DNA of 64,000 bases from Balanoglossus misakiensis. Lineage: Eukaryota; Animalia; Hemichordata. This document shows, piece by piece, positions 1 through 14,760 of this stretch. Both the position numbers and the translations under genes were made by a program. Location of the stretch: assembly GCA_040954595.2 (NCBI GenBank), contig CM082583.2, positions 9,747,656 through 9,811,655 of the forward strand, in the 5' to 3' direction. Below the pieces are notes generated by a model. It saw only the letters and a list, made by a program, of their open reading frames with translations, had not been told where the DNA came from and did no database searches. Each line of letters starts with the position of its first letter. Positions within the stretch are counted from its first letter, which is position 1.

Positions 1-415
1 TTTTGTTGAACATGGACCAGTATAGGGTCAAAATTTCTTGCCCAAATTTTGCATGACCTCAGGTGACCTTTGACCTACTTTATCATATCTTGGCATCCAG
101 AGCAGATACCGACTTCGCGTTTGGAGGTTTGGGACTAAAATTGAAAAGCCAAAATATGGGTCACCTGTGACACCTGCATATCTCATTAATTATGTGCATA
201 CCTAATTACAGGCTAACCAATAGGGCTATAGGTTTGTTTTTTGTTCAACATGGACCAGTATAGGGTCAAAAATTTCTTGTCCAAATTTTGCATGACCTCA
301 GGTGACCTTTGACCTACTTTTCCATATCTTGGCATCCAGAGCAGATATGCTTATTGCTATGTTGGTATGCGCTATGTCCTCAAATGGGACCACAGTGTCC
401 TTGACGCTATTTTTT
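1..415. mobile_element. End of a repeat element with an internal ~238-bp tandem unit (probably non-autonomous Helentron/HINE-like), truncated by the window edge
   Basis: 1-108 (ttttgttgaacatggaccagtatagggtc...gacctttgacc...agcagata) recurs nearly identically at ~239-347. It ends in a small hairpin (gtcc-tcaaatg-ggac) followed by a T-run. The family assignment is inference. Confidence 0.55.
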
Positions 416-3400
416 TTCTCTTCAAGGCGTACAGGTTTTATGAAAGGGAAGTTTTGTAGGAGTCAGAACGAAATAGGGCAGTCGTTCACCTTGTAAGAGA
501 GAAGGCGGGGGAGCTTTGCGTAGGAAGAGCGAGAGCGGTGAATTTGTTCGTCTTACCCGGGCAATGAACTAATCATGAAGTAGGTGACGAGTGTGGCAGC
601 TACAACACATTACTCTGAGAGGGCAAGCATTTTCATCAATGGTTGTGTGATCGCAAAATAATTTTTATGAGCCTGTCTGTACATGTATTTTGAATTGTGG
701 TCATGTTTCTTTTATTTTATCTCCGTACAATAATTTGTTCGCATTCTCATAGGGCACATAGAAATTTATGTAAAATGGCTTTGCTTGTACCTCACCAATA
801 GTGAAGTAGAAGATTTGTCGGTCAGGTCAGCTGTCTGTTATAATGTTTCAAATGCCAGGACACTGAGGACTGAGGCTTGACTTTCAAATTCCAGTAGGGG
901 ATCATCATTCTCAGCACAGTCCCTACTGTGTTCACAGCTTGCTGGAAGGATTTGGGGGTTTGATGTTGGAATTTGGACAATTTGGCATTGTCTGTATTCA
1001 GTGGCGCCTAATCTTCCTATCCTGTTAGCCTACCGAGTCTTGCAGTGATTGTTTGTAACACAAAACTGACATATTCCATCCTTTGTCTTGACAGACAGGA
1101 TAAAAATCCCTTTTGTTGGACTTCATAGAATTCTTTGTTAATCTGACCTCCAGAGGCAGTACATCGATTGTTTTTTTTACAGAATTAATTCTACAAATCA
1201 GTAGAAAGGAAAAAAGTTTCAAAAATATTTTTTCGAAACGAGAATTCTCCTTTATATTGAAAGGCAGAACAATACAACATCAAAGCAGCTAGGCCAAACA
1301 ATCACTAAATGCATGCACACAAACTGTCAAAAGTATACACGCGAAACATTAAACAGGGATGTGTAATGTGGTAATGTAGATAGGCTGTCTCGGAGCTTCT
1401 GTATATCATGATACCCAGACATTTCCTTTTTGTTCCAATCTATTTTACATCCACAATTTCAATCCAGTGAATCATCATTTTATCGCAGCATTATGAGCCC
1501 CCACCTCTGTCACATAACTTTTTATGTCCACAAACCACAACCACTCCACGATGGAGATAAAATTTTAGTGCCAGTGCACTGCAGACTGTGCAATATCGTG
1601 ACGAGTCTGGCATGATGTATGATATATCTGACTTTCCACAGGCTCCTATTCTAGTATCCATTCATTTTTAACCTGGAAGACATACACATAAACGTGTTTT
1701 TCAGTCCATTTCTGAAGTATACGCACGAATTTCACCCTCATTGTGTTCAAAGTGGTTCACACTTGATTGTAATCGAAACTAAACAAATTACCTTAATTAT
1801 TTGCAGTCATTGTACTGTGGAAATCATTTTATTCCTTGAGAAATTCTCATGTGACTGGAATCTGATGCTGTGGTTGGCTCATTTGCTTCCTTCTTGCCGT
1901 GTCGTTTGCATAAATGAGTGGGCGAGGTCATCCCAAGGACAGTGGAATGGTGAAGTACTGAATACGTCTTTGTATATGTCCTCAATAAATTAATCAGATT
2001 GCAAAATTTGTTAGATTGATTGGTTATATCGAATTGAAGTTTATCAAGGTAACAACCTCAAAATTGTTGAATAGTGATTGAATTACAAATGTCTATGAAA
2101 TGGAAGAAGTCAGCATATCTGGGTGTGTGACTGTTACTAGCAGTATACATGTACATTTTGATTCTTGGAAATGATTTGGCTCAAATAATGCACCGATCAT
2201 CATCGAAATTTATGAAAATGCATTGCCTGGTTCGCAGACCTGGTTTCTTCCTATCAATAGCTCCACCCTATGTTCCGGGAAACACCTCTGGGGCTAACTT
2301 GTAATACCTAGTACTTGGTGCAGGGGGGAAAATATTTTCTTCATCTGGTTTCTTGAAAATGCATGGCTATACTGCAGTCAATCTGTTATTGATCTATGAG
2401 TATAGAATGTACCTGAATAAAGTTTTGAATACTTCTTTTTGCCAGTCATAACATTGTGTTCCTACAACCCAGCGTGAGAATTATAATTGAAAAACCCAGA
2501 GGGGTAGCTTTTAGCTCGCTGCTGTTTGAGAAAGTGATTCTCAGTCCATGCCATGTTTCTTGGAAAAAGAAAAATCCGGGCCTCAGATACTCAGTGGAGC
2601 AAGAGACTTCCTGTATTTTTAACCGCATCCGATGCATCCGCGCTTACCCGTGTGTCTTCCAAGAAAAGTGCATCGCTGCCACTCCGGAATAATGACATTT
2701 GCTTTGCACCTTGGGTGCTTTCGTCGGTGGCTTGTTTGCAGTTGCTCAAGATTTGCATGCCAGGTACACAGCAACATTTGGTCACATGGCAACGTGAGTC
2801 TGGCGTGTACGGTAATAACACTGCCTGAACTACTCTCTTAGCACAGAGAAACTTATGCATTCCAATTACTACCGTAGCATGCACTTTATCCAAAGAAGTA
2901 TCAAGCAATATGCAATATCATGTACAATTTTCACATCATCCAATGTAGTTATCTACTTGTATACCCACTCGCCAATTATTACTAATCGTGATTCAGACCA
3001 TGTAATTGTATACTTTGTAACTGCAGCCTCACTGACCCCAATATGATATCAGCGACACAAACTAGGATCTTTTACTTCTATTTCCAGACTGGCTATGATA
3101 CGTCTATCACCATATGACATTCTAAATATCACAAGTCTGTCAGAGCGTCCAATTGTTGATACAAATAACAGCTTCTCTTTTTCTCTGTCATTGTGGTGTT
3201 GTCTTTCATATGAATCCCAATTTCGAATTCCATGTAAGAGGCATGCAAATCGAAAAATGTAATTTCTGAATGATAGGCATTGCGGTTTGTCATGTGATAC
3301 CGTCTTTTCTGCGCCCGCTTTCTCATGGAAGCAAGGAAGAATAATAATAAATATATCCTTGTTTGAAAATTCATGACGTTATTCTAGCAAGGTCTTTCTA

Positions 3401-6067
3401 CCCTGTAGTCTCAGTGGATGGATTCCATCTGTCCGTCTGTTTATGACTGCTTTCTGCCGACGTGCATGAATTGACTTTCAGAGTCTGAACAAGGACAATG
3501 CCTGTGCCATGTATGATGTATTGCAATATGATCCAATATGGCTGCCAGCTGATCTACGTTGTACATGTCTATGTATTGTACATACAATGTACATATACAT
3601 CTGGCATTTGACGATGCAATCAAACACATTTGTCCTACTTTTGTTTTGATTCATGCCTGGTTCCGCCGTTTACCCAGACATATCTTATTTTGAAGCCGGA
3701 ATAAAGGTTAGATGAATATTCAGGAAATCAGAACCACTTTAGATAAAATTTTATCTCATATAGATTACAGATAAACATGTTCTATTGCAAGAGAAATCAA
3801 AGGCTTTCTAATTCTCTTTCCTTAGATTCTGATTGCGTGATTGGTTGGTAACAGTAATGGGCATTAATAGGTATAGTGATGAAAATTGTCTGAAAGTTAA
3901 TCTTTTAAATCGGATTTTGTACTGCACGACGGACAAAGATGTGATGCTGTATACATGCTCTGTTTCCTACTTCAGTAATTAATCCTTACGTATTTAGTGG
4001 CTCAAGATATGTCTCAATTGGAGTATCATCTAAATGGATACATGTACATGTATCTAGCACATTATACATTGCGATGAGAAGAGGTATGTGTAAATTTATA
4101 ATTTAACACTGCCCCATTTGATCAAGAAGCGAACTGTGATGAAAAACAGGAGATTGACATTTTCATCTTTGTCTTCAATAGACACAATTATGTACCCAGG
4201 TAATTTACAGCTTAATCCGATTTCTCTGATGGTGACATTAATTATCCTGTTTGACAATTGACATGCATGTAAAGTGTGGCAGTGTAGCATATAATATAAT
4301 ATCTGGATTGGAATCATCAATCATCAGGTCGTTTCTCTGTAATGATGATGACATGGTTTGCTGTTTGTTTTTGTCGACACACGACGTGAAAAAACGAGAC
4401 AACTTTGATGTACAGTCATTGTGGTTGCATTGTATGAATTGTTTGTGAGATGCACACAGCAGTTATAGATTTAGATTGGATTATCAGATGTTACAGACTT
4501 AGTGTCAAGCTGTTGATGCATACGTGTGCTTGAGTGATGGAAAGGTTTTGACGAATAACAGTCTTGGCGAGAAATATCTGCCACTTGCAACTGCGAATCA
4601 ATCAGTAGAAATTGTGTAGGTGTTTGTGTGAGTCTGTGGGTGTTTGTGTAAAAAATACATGAATTCAGAATTTGTGGAGACAGATCGATTTCTGTTTTCA
4701 CGTCTACTGCACTCGGTTGTTTTGGAAGTCAAAAGAGATGAGAGCTGGTTTCCCAGGTATGCTGTTGTTTGTTTTGGAAACGCAGTGTCAATTTGCAGGA
4801 GGGAGATGATTGCCAGAACATGTTCATTATTTGCGCTGGGTACACTGTTGAGGTCGTGACACATTCATTAGATTACCTGAGCTGTGTAAATGCTCACCTG
4901 GTCTGCCTTTGTTGTTTGGGGGGTGAATTATTAATGAATTGCCAAATGATTGTGAGCTGCATGTGAAAATTAGCATCTGTTAGTTGGACACAGCCTCTAT
5001 TTGTCTTGTGTGTGTGTTTTGTTTTGCCCAGACTACATCGATGCATGAATTGCTGTGCAAATAGTGTAGTTGTTCTTCTGTAAATTCTATCATTCAGTTA
5101 TCTTCATTGAATTGATGGCACTAGCTTAGCAATGGTATTAAAAGCACATCATTCGAAGCATTATCTACATAGAAATGTTGACGTTGTATGAAACAAGCAT
5201 TGGAGTCATGTTGTTGTTTGTTGGTTTGTTGTTGTTGTTGTTTTGGGGGGTATAACAATTGAACTCCCCCATTAACCTACACTGATACACGTATTTGAAT
5301 GCATGTCCCAGCGCTTCTAGGCAGAAATTGGTAAAATTTTTGAAAAGTTGAACCTCTTGAGCATTGCATAGTAGCCGAGAGCTGGATGACGGAATTGAAA
5401 AGAATGTTTTATGACTGATTGCAAGCACTGTAAGTTCAAGTAGCTCTTGAGGTCAATCATTATGCATTACAAATACAATCGAGTTGAACAGATTTAGGGG
5501 CATTGCATGCGTGTGTAGGTGCTCAGTCATTGGTTTGTGAAGCATGCTGCGTTAGGTTCCAATTGTATTTCCGTATGTGATACGTTTGTGCAGTGCAGAC
5601 TGTGAATTCAAATGTTTTCCTTCAAATTTGCAATCTATATGTTCATAGCAATTGATTTGATGGGATTCTGATTTCAACAGTGTTATCATCTTGTTATCTA
5701 CATCATCATCATTATCATCATGACACCAAGGGAGTATGTTTTAACCCTGGAGTCTCTAACTCTGTTGAATTGCTCCAATTGAAGCATCATAATCCTAGAT
5801 ATAATTCTATGGTAGTGGCCAGTGATCTAAACCCAGTGCAAAGATGCCATCATCTAGATGCAGCCATGGTTTCCTTCAGCCTATAAGACATCTGTTAGAC
5901 ATCTGTGATAGTCCTTTCCTAAATTTAGAAATGTCAGCTGTATCTAGTGCAAGACATCTGTCGGACATCTGTGACAGTATTAAAAGACACTGCAAAATGG
6001 ACTGAAAAGTTGGGAGGAGGAAATGACAGTAGGAAGTCCATGGCACTGAGTACCTAAAGCCAAATTA

Positions 6068-6249
6068 CAGTAAAACCTGTCTAAACCGAACCCTGTCTTA
6101 TCCGGAAAAGTGTCTATTATACCTAACACTTTTTCCAGTTCCTTTCACATAGAACAGCATGTTAAATGAAAGCTCTATAAACATGACATCTCTGCAAACC
6201 GAACAATTTCTTCAGTCCATTTGGCGTCCAGGTTAGACAGGTTTGACTG
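6068..6249. mobile_element. MITE of Tc1/mariner-pogo type, ~182 bp, with TA target-site duplication
   Basis: TA|cagtaaaacctgtctaaacc ... ggttagacaggtttgactg|TA: imperfect ~20-bp terminal inverted repeats flanked by TA on both sides. Confidence 0.8.
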
Positions 6250-8211
6250 TAACCAGCTCAGCTGCTTACAGAGTGGAAATTGAAACAGAAAATCAAAGGT
6301 TTATATTTGCAACCAGTATTTTAGGTCAGGCCTGATTTGACATGTGGGTGTTACATGTTCAGAATACTAAACACAGTACAGTTGCCAGGAAATCAATAGG
6401 GAATGACGTATTCTCCAACCTTGTTTGGTAATCATGGAGTTTATTTTATGAAGGACTCAGTGAAGTGAAATTTATTGCTAAGATTTTTACATTAATTTAA
6501 ATTGCAAGAGTTGCAATCTCCAATGAATATCTCCAAAACATTTGTTTGTTTCGAATGCGTAGCTATTACCTAAATTCAGCTGGTTTTTCTCATCAATTAA
6601 TTCCACTCGGAAACTTAAGAAACCATAATTGAGAATCCATTGCTAGTGTGGCTGAAATACTAACTATGGAGTGAAATTGAAATTTCATTTTGCTCAGATT
6701 CAGAGAAGAGCATCTTTGGGCATTGATGAGTATTGCCCGAAGGTTGAAGAACGACAGACAGATCACATGACTAATCTCTGCCGTCTCTCCACAAAACCGC
6801 GGACCTATGCAAATACAACTATTGTGTTTGCCTCTGCTTCTGAAGATAACATTGAACATTTGCCACAGGGAACGAGGGGTCTAATCATTGGCAGAGTGCC
6901 GGTTTTGCCATTTCCCTTCCGGAACCCTTTTCCCGGAATCATATATACAAAAATATCTAGATGCTCCATGTGCATCACAAACACATAATCTAAAAGTCTG
7001 CATCGTGCTTTGACTGCTGATATAAATTTAGAAACAAGGTTTTTTGGATGCGAGAGAATATTGGCTTCACTGCAAAAGTGATGATTTAATAGGAGTATTA
7101 AGAGCCTCTATTCTTTTGTCTGTGTTCAGCTCTCCATGGAAGGTCATGTGGCAATCTCAAGTATTGTCGAATTCTGTTCAATTTTGCCATATTGTGCTTT
7201 GTCCACATTTGATCAGTTTCACAACGCAGTCAAAGTGATACCAGCTTGCTTTTGTAATTCATTTTCCGTGAAATATTGAATGCTTTCATTTTTTTTTGTG
7301 ACGGTTCCTCAGTTCTGCCATCAAAATTCAACATAATCTTACATTTGATAGTATCATTACAGTTCCCTCTTCCTTTTATGAATAGCCCCGATACAAAAGG
7401 GCTTTCATCAAATTTTAATGGAAGTTGTAAAAATAGCTTTTTTACTTCTCTCATCCACAATAACTTTTCCCAACCGAAATAAAATCATCATATATCAAAT
7501 CACACCACAAAAGCACAATTCGATGTGCTTTCTATTCGCTGTGACGAGCGATGAGTGATAGTTCCCATATGGTGCAACAAGTACACAGACTTTGTAAACA
7601 TTCATTTTCTGACTTGACATACATTCTGTCTTTTCCAGGGGTTTTTTTTTGCAATCATTCAGTTTAGTTGCATAGGACAGTGTAATGGATTTAGGTTTCA
7701 TTAAGGGCCGAGATGCTAGTTGTTCGCATTTCGATGACAGCAGTACAACAAGATTGAGCTGATGGCACTGGCTTAGCAATGATAGTAATAGCACATCATT
7801 CACTGATAATCCAATACTGATAATGCACTTCAAATGTACCGTAACTTCACAGTCCTCTAGTTGCTAATCTTCCACCGTGACTTCTAGCGTACGTAGCCCA
7901 TTAGCAATCACCTTGTACGTGTTATTCCTGGGGGAAAAGGGGGGTCCGTAAGGGATCTGGCTTTCATTGCCTGCCGGGGTGGCTTTTACACCGAGTGCAC
8001 CCTATCAAGTTAATTGGAAAAGCAGCTGCCATTAAAGGTGTCAATAACTACCCTGCATGCAGTAGCACCATTGCTTCTCTGACACACGCACATGTGTGTG
8101 GCTGAGCTTGAAGGTGACCTTGACTGATGGCCCTAAACGGAATGGCAGTGATCTGTCAGATCATTACTGAGACAACTAAAGCCACAAGCACACAAAGCAC
8201 CCAATACTACG

Positions 8212-8282
8212 TACACTGAAACCTGTCTAAACCGAACCCTGCCTAGTTTTGAAACCTGTCTGTATTAAACGTCTTTTCCAGT
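8212..8282 (+). mobile_element. Degenerate or truncated copy of the 6068-6249 MITE
   Basis: tacactgaaacctgtctaaaccgaaccctg matches the left end of the 6068 element (aaacctgtctaaaccgaaccctg). No right TIR was seen. Confidence 0.6.
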
Positions 8283-8880
8283 GCGTTTGATAACAAGGGA
8301 CGCCATTTTGAATAAACGTATACATGTATTAACCCCAGACACCTCAAACCACACAGAAAAAAGTCATGTACATTACATATAAAGGACAGTGCTATAAAAA
8401 CTAATTTTTCTGAGAGAGGTGGACATGCTAGCTGAGCATAAAATATATGAAAGAACAGTAATAATGGTTTATTTTTGTCAAGAGATCGAAAGTAATAATA
8501 CCAATGATAAATCATGATGACAGTTTAATGGGTTTCATTCACCATTAAAATTACAGGCTATAATTAAATGCTTTAATTGCCACAGAAATTGAAAATTACA
8601 CTTGGTAATAAAGTTTATAAATGATAATTGCTAATAGTTGGGGATAAATTGGAAGTGCAGGTAGCGGCATGTTAAATTAGAGTTGTGGAAGTCTGAGGCT
8701 TTTTGTTAGTTCTTCCCTGAAAAATAATTACCAGTATGTGTGATTGCAACAAAGCTGGTCGTTTGAAATATAATATATATTATCAACATGACCTCTATGT
8801 ACCCGGTAGCTCCCTGATCTAATCATCAATTCTTGTAAGATTCTCAACTGATGTATTATTTTTGCTTTGGACTCTTTCAG

Positions 8881-9452
8881 TGGCTGAGGCTGGAGCAGGC
8901 TTTGACTCCAAAGGCATGGGGCTGAGGGCCCAGAAGAAAATCTTGGGGAAAATGGCGTCGAAGAGGATGGCAAAAGTCTTCATCGACGACCTGACGGGCG
9001 AACTACTGGATCACACCTACAGAATCACCAAAGAATACACGGGGAACAAGAAGGAGGCGGACAAGATCTTGCGAGACATTATCAAGATTGTGATCAAAAT
9101 CGGCATCCTCTACCGGAATGATCAGTTTAATAAAGATGAACTTATTCTGGCAGAGAGGTTCCGCAAAAAATTCCGGTCGACCATCATGTCGATCATCAGC
9201 TTCTACGAGGTAGATTACAGCTTTGACAGGAACTACCTGGTCAGATCGCTGAACGAATGCCGCGGAATGCTTCAAAACTTAATAGACCGTCACCTTACGG
9301 ACAAGTCCCATGGCAGGGTCAGCCATGTTTTCAACTTCTTTTCAGACGAGGAGTTTTTGGACACACTGTTTGAGTCGGACAGTAAATTGCGCTTGCATCT
9401 TGTGCGGGTCATTGACGTGCTCAACAGAATGATTGACGAGGGCAGTATTTAG
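8881..9452 (+). CDS. TNFAIP8: TNF-alpha-induced protein 8 (TIPE family), main coding exon; first exon upstream and uncertain
   Basis: Translation FDSKGMGLRAQKKILGKMASKRMAKVFIDD...KIVIKIGILYRNDQF...FYEVDYSFD...HLTDKSHGRVSHVFNFF is typical of TIPE proteins. Acceptor tttcag ends at 8880 (phase 1); TAG at 9450-9452. Confidence 0.95.
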
Positions 9453-9705
9453 CACAATTATACGAGGATTTTTTTATGAGAATATGCATAATTATGTTTA
9501 CCTAGAGAAGGAGACCTGTTTGGAATTTCCGTGTAAATTTATGCTGTACATACAGTAGACACAGATTCAGAAATGAGTAATGACTGTAAAAATCAATTTT
9601 CAAAGAACAAAATAATGAGAAAGCTGTTTTTCTTGTGTACCTGTCTGTCGTATCTTGAAGTCAAGGTTTCAGTTTCGTTAGATCACTGAGCTGTGTGTGA
9701 GCTTA

Positions 9706-10030
9706 ATTTTCAGCTCTTGTTCACATATATGAGCTGATGTGGTACTATGTCTGTTTGTCCATCCATCTGTCTGTTACCACAATATCTCGAGAACGGCTGA
9801 ACAGACTGATGAACATTTGCTGGGTGCGGCTTGCATTTCATAATTGTTGTCCATGGAGGGCACAATAACAGTATTGGCATATAACCAGAATGACTGCACC
9901 AAATTTCCTGAATATTAATTTGTGCATATTTAATGAACTTTTGTAATATGAGTGATATATTTCTGAATTTGCTGAAACATGACGCAGATATTGATTTCTC
10001 AGCAGACTGACTCCTGTGAGACAACTAATT
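9706..10030 (+). mobile_element. HINE/DINE-1-like non-autonomous element in the TNFAIP8 3' region
   Basis: T-run, then short inverted repeat cagctc...gagctg, then a degenerate GTCT/GTCC microsatellite (gtctgtttgtccatccatctgtctgt) and aatatctcgagaacggctg. This is the layout of DINE-1/HINE elements. The right boundary is approximate. Confidence 0.55.
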
Positions 10031-13000
10031 TGCCTATTTAATCAATTTGTGCAATAATTCCTGTAAATTCAGAGTTACTGCACATGGTTTAATTAAACCT
10101 ACTCAAGATGCTGTTTATACATGTATAGTCAGGACTGGACTGGGTGAGTTTCATGAAAACATATTCAGTCTTCAATATCAAACCACATGAGCATATTCAA
10201 TTCGCGTTTTGGAGACCATCCACAGAGGTTGTGGAAACGCTAGTCATATTCAGACAAGTGTAATTTTGTAACACTCAGTTTATGTTTTTTTGAGTGGAAA
10301 ACCAGTGTGAAGTGGTCGAGGATTTGTGTGCCAGCTTTTTACAATTCACAAGCAGCGATAACACCTACAAGTACCATGATTACTGCTGTAAGCATGATAG
10401 TGGTTTCCAAAGATGCATTTTGCTCAGTGTAGAATCCTGGACGCTGATTGGAGAAGAGAAATAACAATATGCAAACACAGTTGAATTGAATTTTACGAAT
10501 GCTGACTGTTTCTGCTTTGAAAAGAGCCTTGGGACATCAGATTGGAACCCAACACTGTCCTATTAGACTACTAACACAGGATTCTTTTCTGTATACCATT
10601 ACTGAACAAACCAAATTATTCACATTGTACACAAGATTGTTTTGTAGTTTGGCTTTGAAGGTGAGCCTGTTCCTATATGACTTTTTGTCAATGTCTGATT
10701 TTTGTTGTAAAATAGACAATACAAAGTTTCACTGCCTCACGACAAACCCATTATTTTCACAAACACTTTATTGACTTTGATTTCAGCAGGTTAAGTACAT
10801 GTAAGCTATCACTAAACAGCGTGCCATTCTGTAGCCTCATTCACATGAACCCTAGATCATTCCGTTTTCTCTTTTTTTTTTTAAATGACACATTCACTTA
10901 GTGTGGATATATACACTGATGTATATTTATTGTGGTGGTATCATATAGATACTGGTATTTACATTGGAGCTAAGTGTGCCGGTGCATTTAATTCAACCAT
11001 TAAGCTTTAAATAATTAAAATTATAGTTTTCCCCCCATTATATTAAACAATATTGATGGCGAGTACTTAATTATCTTGTTTTCTGTCTCTGTGATCATGT
11101 CAAATACAAATTGAATACGGCATAAAAGAGTTGATTAAAATTATGAACAGTAATGTTCACTTTCTATTTGTTTTCTGAGGATACACGTCGGTAATTGTTG
11201 AAAGTACACCAGCGATGGCTAATTTCACCCCTGTCGTGTGATATAAGCCAGATGCTTTCAGTGGAGAGGTCAGACCTATTTACAGCAAGGTTGGGGGATG
11301 GAAGGGTGTGAGGTTATTTTGTCCGTGCATGCTGTGAAGCTAACACAGTTACTGGACATTTGTTACAAACAGTATTTGGAGGAAAGGCTGCACCTCAGGG
11401 AGATGTCGTTTTTTGACAACAATCCTTTCTTCATTTGCAATATGCCAGTTGGTAAAAAGAAACAATTACAAAATGTATGTGTTTTGCATTCTGAGGTGCA
11501 TATTATTATAATATCCGTCGAAATGTTCATTGTCTGCCTATGCTTCACATATAAAAGGTATCCTAAATGATAGAGGAGGCTTCTGACATATTCAGATCAC
11601 TCAGACGAATAATAAATATTATGACTTGTTTTTTAATAATAAATAACTAATAAAAACTGTTCAGCCATAGTGTATCAATTTAAATGCTAGTGGCAAACTT
11701 TTCATAGATATACTACACAATCGAAAAACAATTTGAGGGAAAAAATCCCAGTCTGACATATATTATCACTCCAAGCGTCCAAACCATGTTACAAGAATAT
11801 GTAGCTGAACACATAACAAAAACAAGAGTTGTCCTAGAAATCTGAGGCCACAGTATTAAAACAATCACCTCTGAAAAAAGCCGAAAACCATCTGCACAGT
11901 ACAGCTTCCAATGCCTGCCGCAAGTCTTCGTTGCATGCAAACTCACCCATGTTTAAAAACCAAGATATGTTTTGACTTGTAAATATGTGTTTCTAAATAT
12001 ACTTTTCATTGTGCAATGTCCATGTCTTTACATATTTTATGATATAAGTAGGATACGAATGTCCCTTCAAACACGTACAAGCTCTGAACCAAGCTTAATT
12101 CTCATTCAGGTATAAACATATTTTAGTAACACCGATCGGACACCATGTGTCCATTTTCCCACGCGTTATTTTCAAGCACGGTTTATAGATTCGAGAAGGG
12201 TTGACCCAACATCTTGAAGTTCAGTCATTCTTGTGAAAAATATTTCATGTGCCTTGTGACAAAAAGACGTAACTAAACACCACCCCTGTCTAGACTACTT
12301 GATTAATGGTAATGAGCGTAATATTGATTGAAAGTCTGACATCTGTAACCAAGCGAGTTCTGAACTTTCAAAATAAAGGCTGAATCCAATGCAGAACAAT
12401 CCAGTCATAAACAGGCAATATCTTTTAAAAGCAAACCTTTGGTCCACAGTTAGGAATATAAATTAGAATAAATATCCAATTTAAGAATAACTCAATATGA
12501 AATTGCATAAAGGCTGTTGTGTTAATTTTTAGTGTTAAAATTCAGTGATTTTTGAATTATGTTATGAGAATTAATTAACCTTGAACAAAAACTGTGCCAC
12601 AGACTTTGATAGTCTTAGTCTTGCGGTTTCATGGTTGTGTTGCGAACTAATCTCATCATTTCTAGCCCAGACTATAATATTCAGAAACTTGCAGCCTAGG
12701 TGAACTGAACGCCAAAAGGCTAATACAATTGACAATTTGATAATAATATATTAATTGTATTATTTTTTTGCTTTACTGATAGTTGGATTGCAATTATTAT
12801 TTGAATTATTGATTTGTGTAAAATACATTTGATTCTCAATGTAACTTTTCTTATCTATACACATGTCCACTGGTGCTATGTTTTTGTAGATAAAAGCAGT
12901 CTTCAAGTTTATTTTCAAGTCTCGTGCCTGTTTTGCTATGTAAATGTTCGACTTTATCACATAAAACAGTGTATTTGGACCAAACAATGATGGTGAAGGG

Positions 13001-14760
13001 GTGTGATCAATTCACTGGTCCCTGTAATCAATGTTGAAGAGTTAAAACCTCATCCCTTGGACACTTTACCTTGTCACCAATTTGCAGACAGTTTGGATCA
13101 CCATGACAACATATTTATCACAGTTTATAATGTGAAGGAGGTACCAGTAACTTGAGAACCCTCTGCTCGGTAGGAAGAAAACCAATGCAATTCTATGAAG
13201 ATGAAGAGCAATGACTTGTATTTTTGTACCATTACATTATAGTACATTGTATAATTAATCTTCTTGGTTTTTTTCCCCTTTTTTCCCCAAACTGTGTCAT
13301 ATGTCAGTGTATGTGTATTGGAATCGTCTTAAGTCATCTGTCTTTGCTATTTTCTATTGAAACAGAGATTTTAGATTACTATTGCATCCCCTACTGATAG
13401 TATCAATTTACCGAGTTCTATCTTTACTTCAGATAGTATCAAGAGAAATGGCATTGTTATACCAAAATAAACTCCTGTAATCTTCCGTTCTAAGTGTATG
13501 CTGGTGGTATCTCTTTCCTTGTGTGTGTGCGATATGTTGAGAAAGAAACGGATGCTAAAATTAATGTATGTTATATATCACATCAAGGGATGAATGATTG
13601 ATCAGTTGGTGTTATTTGGAGGAGCATGCAGTCTCGATGACCTCTGTCATGCAGTGGATGTGGTCATACAAGAGATGTCATTTTCTGTCTTATGATATAC
13701 TCAATTCACAATCACTGGAACAATTTCACTACCCTGGCTGTTGATTTCATGTGAGGGTTTGCTGTGAACAGCGCCCTCAACGATGCCCAAGATGTCAACC
13801 AACCAGTAAAATGTGAGGGAAGAAACAATTTAAAGTACGGGGGAGGGCCGGGTGGCTGAGGAGAAAACGTTTGACCTGCGGTGAGAGCTTCGCGTGTACA
13901 TTTGCTTTCCTACTGCGTGTAAATATGACACAGGGAATGTAAACACCCTAACGACATAATTTATATCTTTGTGCATTTATATATTTCCATGTTATGCCTA
14001 CATGCAGAGTGTAAGTGGAACTTGGCCAGCAGCGACAATAAAAGTGTTTCACTTCAATATTTTAAAGCAAAACAAAGAAGTCATGAGGAACAAGATATCA
14101 AATGGAAACGTCATGAAGGCAGTGAAATTGTCTCTCTGAAAAGATACGACAATGTGACACCTCTCTTGTGGTTTATATTATACCCAATTTGTTCCTTATA
14201 GACCAACACATACTCAATGTGCGCTGTGTGTTGTTGGATGGGAACCTTTATATAGACTAATACAGTGTACTTTCACTGTGGCTAAAACATCTTTGGCATC
14301 TGTAAACAAGATCACTGTCCTGTTTATCATTGTTTACCAATTTGCAAGAATCTACAGCGGCAGCGTGGTGGACAGCTTGTAAATCAGGCAATGCAAGTCA
14401 CAAACAGTCTCTGGTGGCAGTTTGGGTTTTATTACTAAACTATTCTAGGTAGATAGATCGTTGAGTAAAAATTGATTACATCTCTAAAAAGTTTGAATTT
14501 ACAATTTTATACATCGAATCATACTCACACTCTGACCAACTCTAGAAAAAACCTAACAGTGTCCATTGACAAATATGTAAAGTAAGAGTTGTAAATATAG
14601 TTATAGGCACTTCATTATGTATTCTAATGTTGTATTTTTTTGGTTGAACTTCTGATCAGGAGAAAATAGTCTCTCTGAGCTATCAGTGATCTGGTCTTTG
14701 ATTTGCCGAGTTGCTTTGTCTGCAAAGAGACATGGCTTATATATATCAAGGGCAGTCGTG

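Noticed and set aside
13840-13900. A-box-like ggccgggtggctgagg (tRNA or SINE?)
   Set aside because: No B-box and no cloverleaf could be built.
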